Positions 37,923-52,869 of a stretch of 64,000 nucleotides of DNA are shown piece by piece. The translations under genes were made by a program, and so were the position numbers. This DNA comes from the human T2T-CHM13v2.0 reference genome, Homo sapiens: the NCBI RefSeq assembly GCF_009914755.1, contig NC_060935.1. The stretch is one strand, 5' to 3'. Each line of letters opens with the position of its first letter. Position 1 is the first letter of the stretch. The notes beneath the pieces were generated by a model. It was not told the origin of the DNA. It did not search any database and saw only the letters and a program-made list of their open reading frames with translations.

Positions 37923-40900
37923 TTCTATAAGCAAAATGATTGTCAGTGATGAGTACATGTTGAGACCATTCATTATATAGCATGATCACATCAAACTTTC
38001 GTTGCTATAAAATGTATTATTTTCTTCTGAAGCAATATTGTAAATTGTTGTTGAATATATGTATAGGCTCATTCCTGACATTGTTTGCTCTGCTCACAGT
38101 GCCATTGCATACATGTAAAAGCCCTGAGGTTGCAAGAGAGGAGAAAGGATGACTGCCATCTACAGGACAGGTTATCCAGTCTTCATTGTTACAAGCCTCC
38201 TCTGCTAGAGCTAATCTTTGGGAGTTAAAAATGAAACTAATGTCTTGTGCCCACTTCTACAAAATTATCTAAAATCTCCTTTCCAAGGATACCACGTTTT
38301 TTCAAATACGTTACTCCCAGTCCTCTAACCAACTGGCCAATATTATTTCTTACTGCTTATGAATCAGTATATATCCATTTCTTCAGGCCACCTTTTCTCC
38401 ATATGAAGTGGAAGACCAAATATTCTACCCACTGGGACAGTTTGCTTTCACCGTCATCCTTCAAGGCCACCTCCTAGTGGGACTATAAAGTGGCACAACT
38501 TTATATCTGATTATTTTCTACATGATGTAGCAACCCTTATTTGTACTGGGCACAAATCTTACTTGGAAACTCCTCAGTTGGAACCTCTAGCCCATGAAAT
38601 AATAGCACATATTGACAGAAAAGGGTCTATGCAGCAGGAATAGGTGATAAAAACCGTGAACTCGCTGTTTATATAATTTGTTAATGCCATCTCAACCTGA
38701 TTTAACCAGGTTGTATATGAATAATTTCCATTTGCAATGGATTGCTGTTGTGGCTGCCCAAACTTATAAGTTGGTGAATCTTATAATATCAAGTACAGAA
38801 TAGACAGCTGATGCTTAATGTTTACTTGGTGTCCCTTCATCTGGCACTTTGTTTCAGACAGAAAACTATTTCATGTATTCATCAGAATGTCTGGCTTTGC
38901 TTCAATGTCTGTGCTGTGATGCTGATTTGGACTTTCCAGAGACCAAGTATCATTATTTCCCAGCACAGATATCTCCAACATCATTGGATCACTTTCCAAA
39001 TCTACTCTTCCTCTGGGACTGAGGCAAAAGAGGTAGTCTTCTGGAATACCCAGTAAATGGCTTACAGCTCTAGACCCCAGCATAGTATATTGTTTATGGT
39101 AACCCTAAATCATTCCAAAAAGTGCTACACTTATTTCTAAACTTGTGGCACAGCAATGTGTTTTCTAACTTGGAGGAGATGAGCAAAAACTACCATAGAT
39201 AAAAGAAAAACTTCAGCCGAATTAAATTTAAAGGAGTTTAATTCAGCAATGAACAATTCCCAAGTCAGGCAGCCCCCCAGAATCACACCAGATTCACAGA
39301 GCCTCCAGGAGTGCCTCGTGGTCAGAATAAATTTATAGACAAAAAAGTTAAAGTGACAGTGAGTTGGAATTGGAAGTGAGGTACAGAAACAGTGAGATTG
39401 GTTACAGCTCAGCATTTGCCTTACTTAAACACAGTTTGAACATTCAGCAGTCTATGAGTGGTTGAAGTATGGGCCACTGGGATTGGCCAACACTCAGCTA
39501 TTATTACGGGTGTGTACTATTAAGTTAGGTTTTCAATTTTGTCTGACAAGCTAGGTTACAATTCATCTACAAGGACACAAATATAGAAGTATGGAGTCCT
39601 TCTCAGGCCATATTTAGTTTATTTTTTTTTTAACAATTCCCCCTTTTTGTTCATTTCCTCAATTTTGAGAGATTGATTGAAACCTTAGTCATTGATGTTA
39701 CTATCACTGTCATAAATGTACTTATACAGTTTTGAAACCCACTGGGAAACAGTGAGGTTTGTAAGGAGAGAATAAGGACTGAGTAGAGGGTACCTCCTTG
39801 TGCTGGAACATCTTATTTACAGGAGAAAAACAAAACCTGTTTTGTTCTAGGATCTAAGTGTTTTCTTGAAGCCTTAGTTTGATTATGTCACATTTAGCAC
39901 AAGTGACTCCATTTTCATTTGGTTTGGTTTGCTAGGGCCTCGCCCATGAGCTTAGTCCAAAATAATGGCCTCCCATAATTTTGTTTAAAAAAAATTCCCC
40001 CTTTTTGCTCAGGTTCTCACTTAGATGAAAGTGTGACCAAAGCTTAGGGCCTTAGCACCACTCTCAGTTACCATCATTTTGGGTTTCTAGTCTCAGCATG
40101 TCACTCATAAGTTACGGTGTCCTCATGGTAGCACATTTCTTTCAGCTTTCGTCATTCTAGTTGAAGAGAAAGCACTTGACATTCTAGAGATGGCTGCATG
40201 CAAACATTTAAAGCCTTTGAGAAAAATACAGTGCATCAGGGAAACTATTACTATGAATATCTGGAGGATAACACCAAGAGTTTGGAGTTATCCTTACCCA
40301 GGGTCCCCGTAAAACAAAACAAATTAAATAGATTAAAGAATGAGCTAGGTGCAAAGTCTACTCACTTGACTAAGTGGTCTTTCATTAATCCCCTGCAACT
40401 GAATTTTTATATTTTACATTTGGTGTATTTCTCCATAGGCCACAAGTGTCAGCAGCTGCACATGTGCTTTTCTGTTTAGCCAATCTATTATTTAGCATAA
40501 CTTTCACAGGACAATTTAAAGTTTGTTGTGTAACAATATCCTTTATAGTGTAATTTGCTGTTGAGCCTATTATGAGGGAGACATTTCTGATTATGGCCTT
40601 TTTTATTCTAAACCATGGAAAAAGAACTTAATAAATGATGTCCTTCTAGAAGAGTGAAGGCCTCCTGATAAAGTTCTCTTTAATTCATGATATGGGTTAA
40701 GAGGAGTTTTGACTGATTATGAGGCAACATATGCACCACTAAAGTTTCTCGCCTATATTGGGCCTTCATCTTTTATCTATTGAAGTATAAGTTTATTCAT
40801 GTATAAGACTGGCTGGAAAATCCTTCACAAAGAAAAGTATACACTATAATTGCACATAATGGAACCCCTTTTCACTTCTATTGTTGTTCATAGAGACATA

Positions 40901-42772
40901 ACAAGGAAAAAATATTCAAAGATAAGAGTCTTATGGTAGTTGAAGTTTTGATCCATGATCTTGGGAAAAGCTGTTCACATCAAGTATTCCATCTTCTTCT
41001 GGGGAGAAACTTCCCTGGTTAGTTTTACCTTAAGGGTTCCAATGGGTGTACAGTTCCAGGAGTGTGGAAGGAACCTTCTCAGTTGTGAGATTATAAACCC
41101 AAAATTCAAGGGGCCAAAGTTTTGCTGTAGTGTGGATGGCAAGGACAGTCTTCCTCAGATGTTCTCAGAAGATCCAATCTTCAGGCTCTAGACTGTGAAG
41201 GAACTGTCCTCAGTGAACCATAAAAAGCTTTATTTACTAGTGAAAATACACTGTAGCATAATAAACTACTGGTATAATAACATCAGCTCCCTTGCATGGA
41301 AAACCTTTAATAGAACCAGAAAACATGCATTAAAAATGACAATGGAATGAAATCCCTTTATAAATGTTTAAATGGTCCATCTGGTAGCCAATTGTATCTG
41401 AAGCTTTGATTGTCTTCCCAGGAATATGGAACCAAACATTGGTTTTAAACTATTTTTGCAATTTATAAGTCACCACATCAATATATTTAATTTAGATTAT
41501 TTTGTCTTTCCCATGACGAGTTACGGAAGGTAGAACCTTTAACAACAAAAGCTTGAAGGGCTCAGGAAGGACAAGTAGGCCATCCTGGTTCTTCATGAAT
41601 CCATGCTTAACAGTGGACTCATGTCCTCTTGAATACCAGTTGTTTCTCCAATTTAGGTGCATAGCACTGATAACTAATGGGTTATCATAATCTGACTTAG
41701 ACCATGGAGTTCAATTACATTGTATATTTAAACAATTTTAGTATTGACTGATTTAGCATGATAATCTAGAGCTTGATTTTGAAAGGTTTGGTCAATACCA
41801 AAGGTTTAAAACATTGGATATTACAAAATAGAATCTTAGGTTACATAAGTCATTCATTTAGCCAAAATAATAACACAAAAATGTTTTAAAGGATGAAACA
41901 TTATTCTGATACATAGGAGACTCAGCTTTCCAAACAAGACAATGAAGACAGCATGAGGACAACTGACCCTGTCTCCCTTCTTTCCTTCCCCCACCTTTTC
42001 TCTTTTGTAGTTTACTTAGAAGGTAAACAAAAACATTTCATTATCTTTTAATATTACATTTCTCTTTTAAAAGAGAAAACCAGATTTTATGTTTCCATTA
42101 GTGTATTTTTAATGTTTAAGTCAGTTTTTAATAACATTTTATAAATCTATTCAGTTTTAATTATTTTGGCCATAATGTAAGATTTTTATAAACCTTTTAT
42201 AACCCCTTCACATTTTGTTTTCCTCAGAGCAGAGCAATGTTCTAAAAAAACTCTGTTGTGCTTCTATTCTAATGCTTAATTCATGGGAAAAAAAACTGAA
42301 TAATGCCATTTTAACTTTAGCCAATATGTTCACACATAGAATCTCTTATAATTACTTTCCATAAACTTTTAACAACTTGTTCAAACCTTTAGCTTAATTT
42401 TTTAAAACAATATTTTAATTCTCTAATCTAGGCAGAAATTTACATTTTTAATTTTTTAATTTTATAATGTTTGAATTTTTGAGAAAAGCATTGCCTGTGG
42501 CAGGGTGGGAAAGACAAAATGTTCAGAGAGGCCAGAGAAAGACCCATCCATTTGCAGCGACAGTGAAATTGTGGCTGCTGTTGTGAAGGAATTTTTTTTC
42601 CAGAAGTCCCATTAGCTCTTAAGTTTCCCCTTTTGAGGGAGAAAAAAGCTCCCCATGTCCCAAGATCCTGCATGCTTAATCCTGTCACTCATAGCTGTCA
42701 GCAAAAAGTGCAAGGCAGATTATTCCAAAGAGAATAGCAGTTGACATCCCGTAGTGCCAAACCCGTTCTTAG

Positions 42773-44504
<1,732 letters not shown>

Positions 44505-46392
44505 GAGAGCCCTCATTTTTAAATGTACTTCAATGCATTGTTGTTCATTAGGAATGTTCCACTTTAAGTTATCTTTAGTAAGATTTTGCTGTTTCTCTAA
44601 GACTTCTCTGCCTCCCAGGCTTAAAATATAAGCCAAAAGTTTTAAGGTTATACTCAGTTTCTATAAATTTCAGAAAACCGAGAAATTTCTCAGTTTTCCA
44701 GAAATTAAGGATCTCATTTTTACCTAAAACATTGGCTTTACTCTCAGTTTCTCTTGATTAACTTAACCAACAATTTTTTCCCCAACTAAGCGCGCTAGAA
44801 AAGTGAAACAAAGGGGTAGAACACAAAAATCCCTGTGAATTTTCAAATCCAAATTTTATAACCCCTGCAATATTACTGCTTATTACCAGTTCCTTTCTGA
44901 CCCAGTGAGATGTAAGAGGCCTGTAACTGGATCCAAGCCAGTTAATTCCCAGATCAAATCCGTTCTTAGACACAGTCCAGTTTCTGTTGCGACTCCAAAC
45001 CCAGTTTGGATCAGACGTTTGCTGAAAGTAACTTGGAGAGCTCAAAACACAAATCCGTGGAGTTCCAAGACCCAAAAGGGAGCTTACCCATGATCCCCAG
45101 CGGCTCTGAGAGACAAGGGACACAAGTGGATCCTGCAGGTTCCTTGCTGTTCACTCAGCACTCCTGCGGGTCGCTAGAAGCTCCACTTTGGTTCCCGCTT
45201 CTGACGCCATCTGATAAAAGAAAAACTTCAACCAAATTAAATCTAAAGAAATTTAATTGAGCAATGAACGATTTGTGAATCTAGCAGCCCCCAGAATCCC
45301 AGCAGATTCACAGAGACTCCAAGGGTGCCTCGTGGTCAGAACAAATTTGTAGACAACAAAGGTAAAGTGATGTACAGGAATCGAAAGTGAGGTATAGAAA
45401 CAGTGAGATTGGTTATAGCTCCGCATTTGCCTTATTTGAAGGCAGTTTTAAAACTCAGCAGTCTATGAGTGGTTGAAGTATGGCCGCTGGGATTGGTCAA
45501 CCCTCAGCTATTGTTACAGATGCATACTATTAAGTTAGGTTTTCAATTTTGTGTGACTATTAAACTAGGTTACAGTTCATCCACAAGGACTCAAATATAG
45601 AAGTACGGAGTCCTTCTCAGGACATATTTAGTTTGCTTTAACACTGCTTACTTAACTTGAAGCAAATGCACCCGGGAAACCACTGGACTCTGAATTTTTG
45701 TGGCTTTTCTTCTCCTACCATTTGATTTATATGTGTTACTAAGGCATTTAGAGATCTTGCCACTCAGAGTTCAACATTTACAATTAGCAAGATTCTATCA
45801 AAATGGTAAAACATCATGGTGTTTTGTGAAATAAACATCAAGGTGATTAAAACCTCCATTTGCAAAATTTTGAAACGGAAGAGTTCATATATCTTTAAGG
45901 AAGTTTGCTATACAGTATCATATTTTTTTCAGAGAAACCAAGGCCAAGAAAATTATTTAATATACAGAATAAAACATCTCGTGTCAAACTCGGAAAAAAA
46001 ATCATTCTAAGACTTATACTTTGGATAAATCATTTATAATTGCGAGATAAAAATAAAATTTAATAAATTCTGGTTATAAGAAAATAAGTTGGCTTATACC
46101 ACTAAATATTGTGATTATAAAGCAGTTAAACTTTATTGATTCATATTAGCCAAGTTAAGTCATTATAGTAAGCCTGTGTGGTGGGAATTATCCCAATTTT
46201 GTAAATGAATCGTAAAGGAAATGAATGTCTTGCTTGCAAACAGGCATCTTATATAAAGCAAAATCAGGATTAGGAGCTAAATGTTTCTGAATTGAAAATT
46301 CTTTTTTACTCTTGGATATTAACAAATGATCCATGGTCTCATCTGTTTTTTTTATTTTTTTTAAGTGCCTTGAGGCAGATTCAGGATCATGG

Positions 46393-46868
46393 TTGTTGTA
46401 GATTATTGCCAAATGGTCCACAATGAACACAATGAATCCCTTTGTCCACATGAATACTTGCATACTCCACTTCCCTATGAACTCTGGCCTTGTAACTTGC
46501 GTTATATAATAGAAAGCGCAAAAGTATATTGTGCAACTTCTAAGGGTAGACCCTAAGGGTTTTGGAAGTGTCTGTATTTTCTTCATGGGAAGGTTTAATG
46601 TTAGAACCCAACTGCCATGTTGAAAGCCCAAGGCAGACCTATGGAGATGCTGCATGAATAAAAACAAAACATTCCAGCTGACAGCCTCACCAAAAGGCAG
46701 TCAGGTGACTGAGGTCATCTTAGAACTTACAGCTTTCTCACCGTCTCAGTTGCCACCACATGGAGAACAGTCTAGTTAGCACAATGGAATTCTAAGACAT
46801 AACAAATCATTGCTCTAGGTCACTAAAGTCTGGACTAAATTTTTATTTAGCAATAGATGGCTGAACCA
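46393..46868 (+). mobile_element. MLT1-type MaLR solo LTR
   Basis: TGTTGTAGATTATTGCCAAATGG...CTCTGGCCTTGTAACTTGC...AGCAATAGATGGCTGAAC. Confidence 0.65.
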
Positions 46869-48179
46869 ATAATGATGACATAAATAATTGTATTTTTAAT
46901 TAAATTAACTTTAAGAAGAATTCCTAAAATTAGATATTGTGATTTTGACAGAAGTAAAAAAAATTTAAAAACTTTCTAAAATAGTTGAAGAACAGATTCT
47001 CAGAGGTTCTTACCCATGTATATGTAATTGTCTTTCAAGCTTCCTTGAGTTTCTTTCAAGACTCCAAGGAAAATGAGTAGTATAATCATCACAGATTAGT
47101 TAGACATAAAAATCCAGAAAAATATGGTGACTTCCACAAAATTTTTATTTAATATTTTTGTAGTTGCTTTCAATTCTGTTGGAGTCATATTATGAAAAAT
47201 CAGAGCAATTATTCTAATAAAAAATTCACATTCAGTAAGACTAAATTTTTCTTCCTGTTTTTTTCTTTTGTAAAAATAAGTGATTTCCTATGATATTTTT
47301 TATCTATATGTCTTTCAATTTATCATTCTACATCCCTACGGGTGTGTGGAATGCAGATGAACAGAGTGTGTTAAGGGCTTGAAGAGATGAAGTATTAATT
47401 TCTTTGTTATCTTCGTGATTTTAAATGTTTTCCAAAAGACCTTAGGAAGCACAACGAAATTTCAAAGTTTTGAACACTTTGAACAGAACGTTCAGACAAT
47501 AATGTTCAGAGATTGAACTAAATATACCTCCAGGACAATAAGGAATTTATGGATTGATTATTATTTGCTTACTGCTCAACAGGTTATTGAGTTTCAGATA
47601 TAAGGGTGCATCTTTGGTACAATCCAAATCATTACTTTGTAGGCTTGTAAAGCTCAACTGCAAGATAACTAACTTTGATTGAGTGTATACCAGGACTACT
47701 TACTAAAATTTATAAATGTCATAAAGTCTAAAACAAAGTATAAAAAATAAATCAAAACATTTTGACTTGTTTCCCATATGTTAAAATAACCTTTGCTATC
47801 CATTATTAATTCTTTATTATACTTTAGTTCAGGATAGTAACCTGCCCTTTAAGTGGTTATTTTTTGCCTTTTAAACAAATTGGGTCCCAAAAGATCAACC
47901 ATAACATAATTGCTCATGCTTGTGAAACATCATTGTGTCTTTGGTTCAGAATTGTTAAAAATGATGTAATTCAATGAGAATATTCTAGAGGAACCAACAG
48001 ATTATACAAAATATATTCACAACACTTAAGTAATGTTAAGTATTGTTGACCTTCACAGAATTTGCCTAAGGATACATTGGAATCTTTTTGGTTGTTGTGC
48101 ATTACTCAAAAGCAAGATGTAGTGGGAAAGAAATCAAGGTAATTGAGGTAGAAAAATGGGGTTTCAGGTAACACAAACT

Positions 48180-49560
48180 TTGTATTCATTTGTTCGTTTA
48201 TTCTACTATTATTTAAAGTGTCTAGTAATTGCTGAGTCCTGCTAAGTATTGGGGAAAATATAAATCTTTGCTTATCGAGAATTAAACAATTTAAAGTAGC
48301 TTACAAACAAATTAAGAGGTGACTAGATTGTTGGAGGTAATAATCGGGAGATAATAAAACACCTCTAGAATGAAGTAAAATTTCACCTCAGATTTGACAA
48401 GTGGAAAGATAGTAGCCAGCCAGAGGAACAAAGATATAAAGGAAGGAGTATTCTGGCCAAACTATGTTCAAAGTCCATGGTCACATCTGAGAAACTGATG
48501 GTATGCAACATGGTTGGTGCATGGGGATTGCATAAAGGAAATTGCAAGAAAGGAGACTAGTTTACAAAGAAGGGTTTATTTAGGAAAGCTTTAATAAACC
48601 AGGTTAAGAAGTTTGGGCTGTAGTCCAAAGCTAATGGGAAACAGAAAGCTAAGATTTGCATGTTAGAACGTACCCTCAAGGTGCCACATGGATATAGGGT
48701 GGCAAAACTGCCTGGAAGATAACAGTTAGAGGGTAACAATCCCCAGCAGTTATTTGAGGCTCTAATAAGGAAAATATGGAGGATATTAGAAGTAGACAGA
48801 CTTCAAAATCTAGATTAAATCAGTAGCATTCACTTATGGTTTATTAGTGGACATTAGAGGGACATATGAATTTTTGTTTTTGTTTTTGTTTTTAAACTGC
48901 ATGGCAGATGGCACCATTTAGTGAGTTATAAAATATATACTCAGAGGCATGTGAGTGGGGTTGGGTGGCTTTTGAACTGATGAATCCTCCTTGAACATGT
49001 TAAATTTAGGTACATCTGGAATATGTAATAGAATCTGTCTGAAAAGCAAGTAGATATGTGTACAAAGGGTTCAAAGGAGAAATGTGACCTGGAGATCTAG
49101 ACATCTGCATCGCCAGCACATCAATAGCAATGATACCCATAGCATCGGATGATAGCTTCCAACAAGAATATGCAAAAAAGACATGGTTTGGCTTAGGAAA
49201 TAACTGTAAAGTAATAGGGTTATTTAAATCATAAACAAAGAAGTACAGCCATCAAGGGAAGTACAAAGTAGACACAAAGATGGGAAAACCAAGAGACTCT
49301 GATGGCTTGGAAAGCAACAAAATAATGGTTTTCATGATGAAAGGTGATACTAGTGGTGTCTGATGCTACAGAGAAGTGAAATTTTTAAATCTTCATTGGA
49401 TTTGGGAGAAAAGAGAATGTTGGTGAATTTGGAGAGAGTAATTGCATTGCAATGCTAAGAAAAAAATATCTAAATACAAGAGATTGATGTACAAACGTGA
49501 AGGATGCAGTGAGCATTGGTAACTTTTTCTGGTACTAAAAGAATGAAGATAAGAATAAAG
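48180..49560 (-). mobile_element. L2 fragment, probably paralogous to the one at 33210-34600
   Basis: TATTCATTTGTTCGTTTATTC start; GGAGATCTAGACATCTGCATCGCCAGC. Same position relative to the duplicated upstream block. Confidence 0.6.
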
Positions 49561-49830
49561 GTAAAGGAATAAAGGTGGAGGAGTAGTAGATTGATGGGAG
49601 AGATTTAATAGATTAGCAGAGGAAGGAGACGTGGAAGGCCAAAGAGAATGGAACCAAAATATAAATTTAGGTATAAGAAATAGGAGACCTCCCCAATCCC
49701 CCACCCCCACAAAAACATGTAATACGAATAGATGTGGAAGCAGGTAGTTTCACACAACTGGTGACAAGAAGTAGAGAAATTTATATTTTAGTATTTTAAT
49801 TCCCATTTTAAATATCAAAAAGTTTAGCAT

Positions 49831-49886
49831 CTGCTTAGCATATGTGGTAGGAGTAGTACTGCTTAGCATGTGTGGTAGGAGTAGCA
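49831..49886. repeat. 28-bp tandem duplication with 2 mismatches
   Basis: CTGCTTAGCATRTGTGGTAGGAGTAGYA x2. Confidence 0.9.
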
Positions 49887-50541
49887 TGGATAGAATTGAA
49901 AGGGTTGAAATAGCAACATGCAGATTGGGAGAAAGCCCTTGGTTAAGGAAAAGTCAGTCAAGTAAATAAGTAGCTGATTTTGAATATAAGTTTGTAATAG
50001 TTCACTTTTTCTTAACTGTTGTTCTTGATAGCTCAGATTTCATTGTGAAGACAACATTACAAAATACCCAGATTTGGGTATACCTAAAAAAATGTTGGTT
50101 GTTGGGAAGCGTAGTTGAAGCAATACGTCATGGAGACTAAGCTGTATAGGAGAAGAATTGAAAAAATAAAGTGACAAAATAAATGAGTATTTTAAGATGT
50201 TTAAGGAATAGTGATATGTGTGAATAAGTGAAGACCTGTAGTCATAACTGAGGTGAAAAGGGGAGGGTAGAAGTTTGTGATCATAAGAAAATGTTTAAGT
50301 TTTGGATATCTAGCATTTGGTAAACTTGTAGACAAATAATTTTAAACATGGAACCATGGGGGTGGAAAGCTGAAGTGGAATGGTGCTGGGGTCACTGATA
50401 AAAATAATCAATAATCAGAAAAGCCGTATGTTAAATGTGTCAAGTTCATGGGAACTAATGACAACTTTGTGACAGGACAGTGATCTTGGTGTCAACATTC
50501 TCAATAAATAACAAGGACTGACCTGGAAATACATAAGTGAC

Positions 50542-52869
50542 TGTTAACATTTGTCTCTGTGTCGCCACCCAAATCTCATCTTGAATTGTAATCCTCATAA
50601 TCCCCACGTGTCAAGGGAGGAACCTAGTGGGAGGTAATTGAATCATGGGTTGAATGAATCATGGGTTGAATGATGATTCAATCCACGATGGTTTCCCCAA
50701 TGTGGTTCACATGATAGTAAGTGAGTTTTCATGAAATCTGATAGTTTCCTAAGTGTTTGACAGTTTCTCCTTTGCATACACCCTCTCTCCTGCCACCTTG
50801 TTAAGATACCTACTTCCACTTCTGCCATGATTGCAAGTTTCCTGAGGCCTCTCAGCCATGCAGAACTGTGAATCAATTAAATCACCTTGGTTTATAAATT
50901 ACCCAGTCTCGAGTAGTATCTTTATAGCAGTAAGAACAGACTAATACAGTAAATTGATGCCAGGAGTGGGTTACTACTGTAAAGATACTCGAAGAATGTG
51001 GAAGCGACATTGGAACTGGGTAATGGCCAGAGGTTGGAACAGTTTGGAGAGCTCAGAAGAAGGAAGAAAGATATGGAAAAGTTTGGAGCTTCCACTTGTT
51101 GAATGTTTTTGACCAAAATGCTGATAGTTATGTGAACAATGAAGTCCAGGATGAATTGGTCTCAGATGGAGATGAGGAATTTATTGGGAACTAGAGTAAA
51201 GGTCACTCATGCTATGCTTTAACAAAGAAACTGGTGGCATTTTTTTTTCCCTGCCCTGGAGATCTGTGGAACCTCAGACTTGAGAGGTGATTTAGGGTAT
51301 CTGGCAGAAGAAATTTCTAAGCAGCAAAACATTCAAGACAAGACCTGGATTATTATGAAACCATTCAGTTTTATGCATTTACAAAGATATGGTTTCAAAT
51401 TGGAACTTTTATTCAAAAGGGAAGCAGAGCACACAAGCTGAGAAAATCTGCAGCCTGATGATATGGTAGAATAGAAAAACCCATTTTCTGGGCAGGAATT
51501 CAAACTGGCTGCAGAAATTTGCATAAATAATGAGGAGCCTAATGTTAATCATAAAGACAACGGGAGAAATGTCTCCAGGCCATGTCAGAGACCTTCACAG
51601 AAATTCCTCCCATCACAGACTCAGAGTCCTAAGAGAGAAAAATGGTTTTGTGGGCCAGACCCAGGGCCCCACTGTGCTCGGTGCAGCCTTGAGACTTGGT
51701 ACCTTATGTCCCAGCCATGGCTAAAAGGGGCCAACATACAGATTAGGCCATTGCTTCAGAAGCTGCAAGCCCCAAGCCTTGGCAGCTTCCAAGTGGTGTT
51801 GGGCCTATGGGTGAGCAGAAGTCAAGAATTCAGGTTTGGGAGCCTCCAATTAGATTTCAGAGGAGGTATGGAAATGCCTGGCTGTCCAAGCAAAAGTTTG
51901 CTGTTGGGGGTGTAGCCCTCATGGAGAACCTCTGCTAGGGCAGTGTGAAAGGAAAGTGTGGGTAGGAGCTCCCACACAGAGTCCCCACTGGAGCACTGCA
52001 TAATGGAGCCCAGAGAAGAGGGCCATCATCCTCCAGACACCAGAATGGCAGATCTACTGACAGCTTGCACCATGCACCTAGAAAAGCTTCAGACACCCAA
52101 CAGCAGCCCATGAAAGCAGCTGCGAGGGGGGCTGTACCCTGCAAAGCCACAGGGGTGGAGCTGCCCAAGACCATGGGAACCCACCTCTTGCATCAGCATG
52201 ACATGGGTGTAAAACATGGAGCCAAAGATGTTAATTTGGAGCCTTAAGATTTAATGACTGCCTGCTGGATTTTGAGCTTGCATGGGGCCTGCAGCCCCTT
52301 TGTTTTGGTCAATTTTTCCCATTTGGAAAGTGTTTACCCAATGCCTGTACCCTCATTGTATCTTGAAAGAAACTAACTTGTTTTTGATTTTCCAGGCTCA
52401 TAGGCAGAAGGGACTTTCTTTGTCTCAGATGATACTTGGACTGTACGATATTGAGTTAATGCTAAAATGAGTTACGACTTTGGGGGACTACTGGGAAATC
52501 ATGATTGGTTTTGCAATGTGAAAGTACATGAGATTTGGGAGGGGTCGGGGCAGAATTATATGGTTTGAGTCTGTGTCCCCACCCAAATCTCATCTCATAT
52601 TGTAATACACATAATCCCCACATGTCAAGGGAGGGACCTAGTGGGAGTTTATCGGACCATGGGTGTGGTTTCCCCCATACTGTTTTCATGATAGTGAGTT
52701 AGTTCTCGCAAGATCTTATGGTTTCATAAGTGTTTGACAGCTCCTCCTTTGCATGTACATTCTCTCCTGCTGCCTTGTAAAGAAAGTGCCTGCTTCCTCT
52801 TCCACCATCATTGTAAATTACCCAGTCTTGAGTAGTATCTTTACAGCAATGTGAGAATGGACTAATACA
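50542..52869 (+). mobile_element. Full-length THE1D-type MaLR (LTR 50542-50948, internal region, LTR 52556-52869)
   Basis: Both LTRs contain CCACCCAAATCTCATC and end ACTAATACA. Internal region is THE1-int-like. Perfect 5-bp TSD GTGAC (50537-50541, 52870-52874). Confidence 0.92.

Noticed and set aside
39190-39197. TSD for the MER57 provirus
   Set aside because: The flanks (CCAT versus CTGC) do not match and the left terminus is mutated, so no TSD is claimed.
46188-46667. 159-aa minus-strand ORF
   Set aside because: Overlaps an MLT1 LTR and has no recognisable domain.
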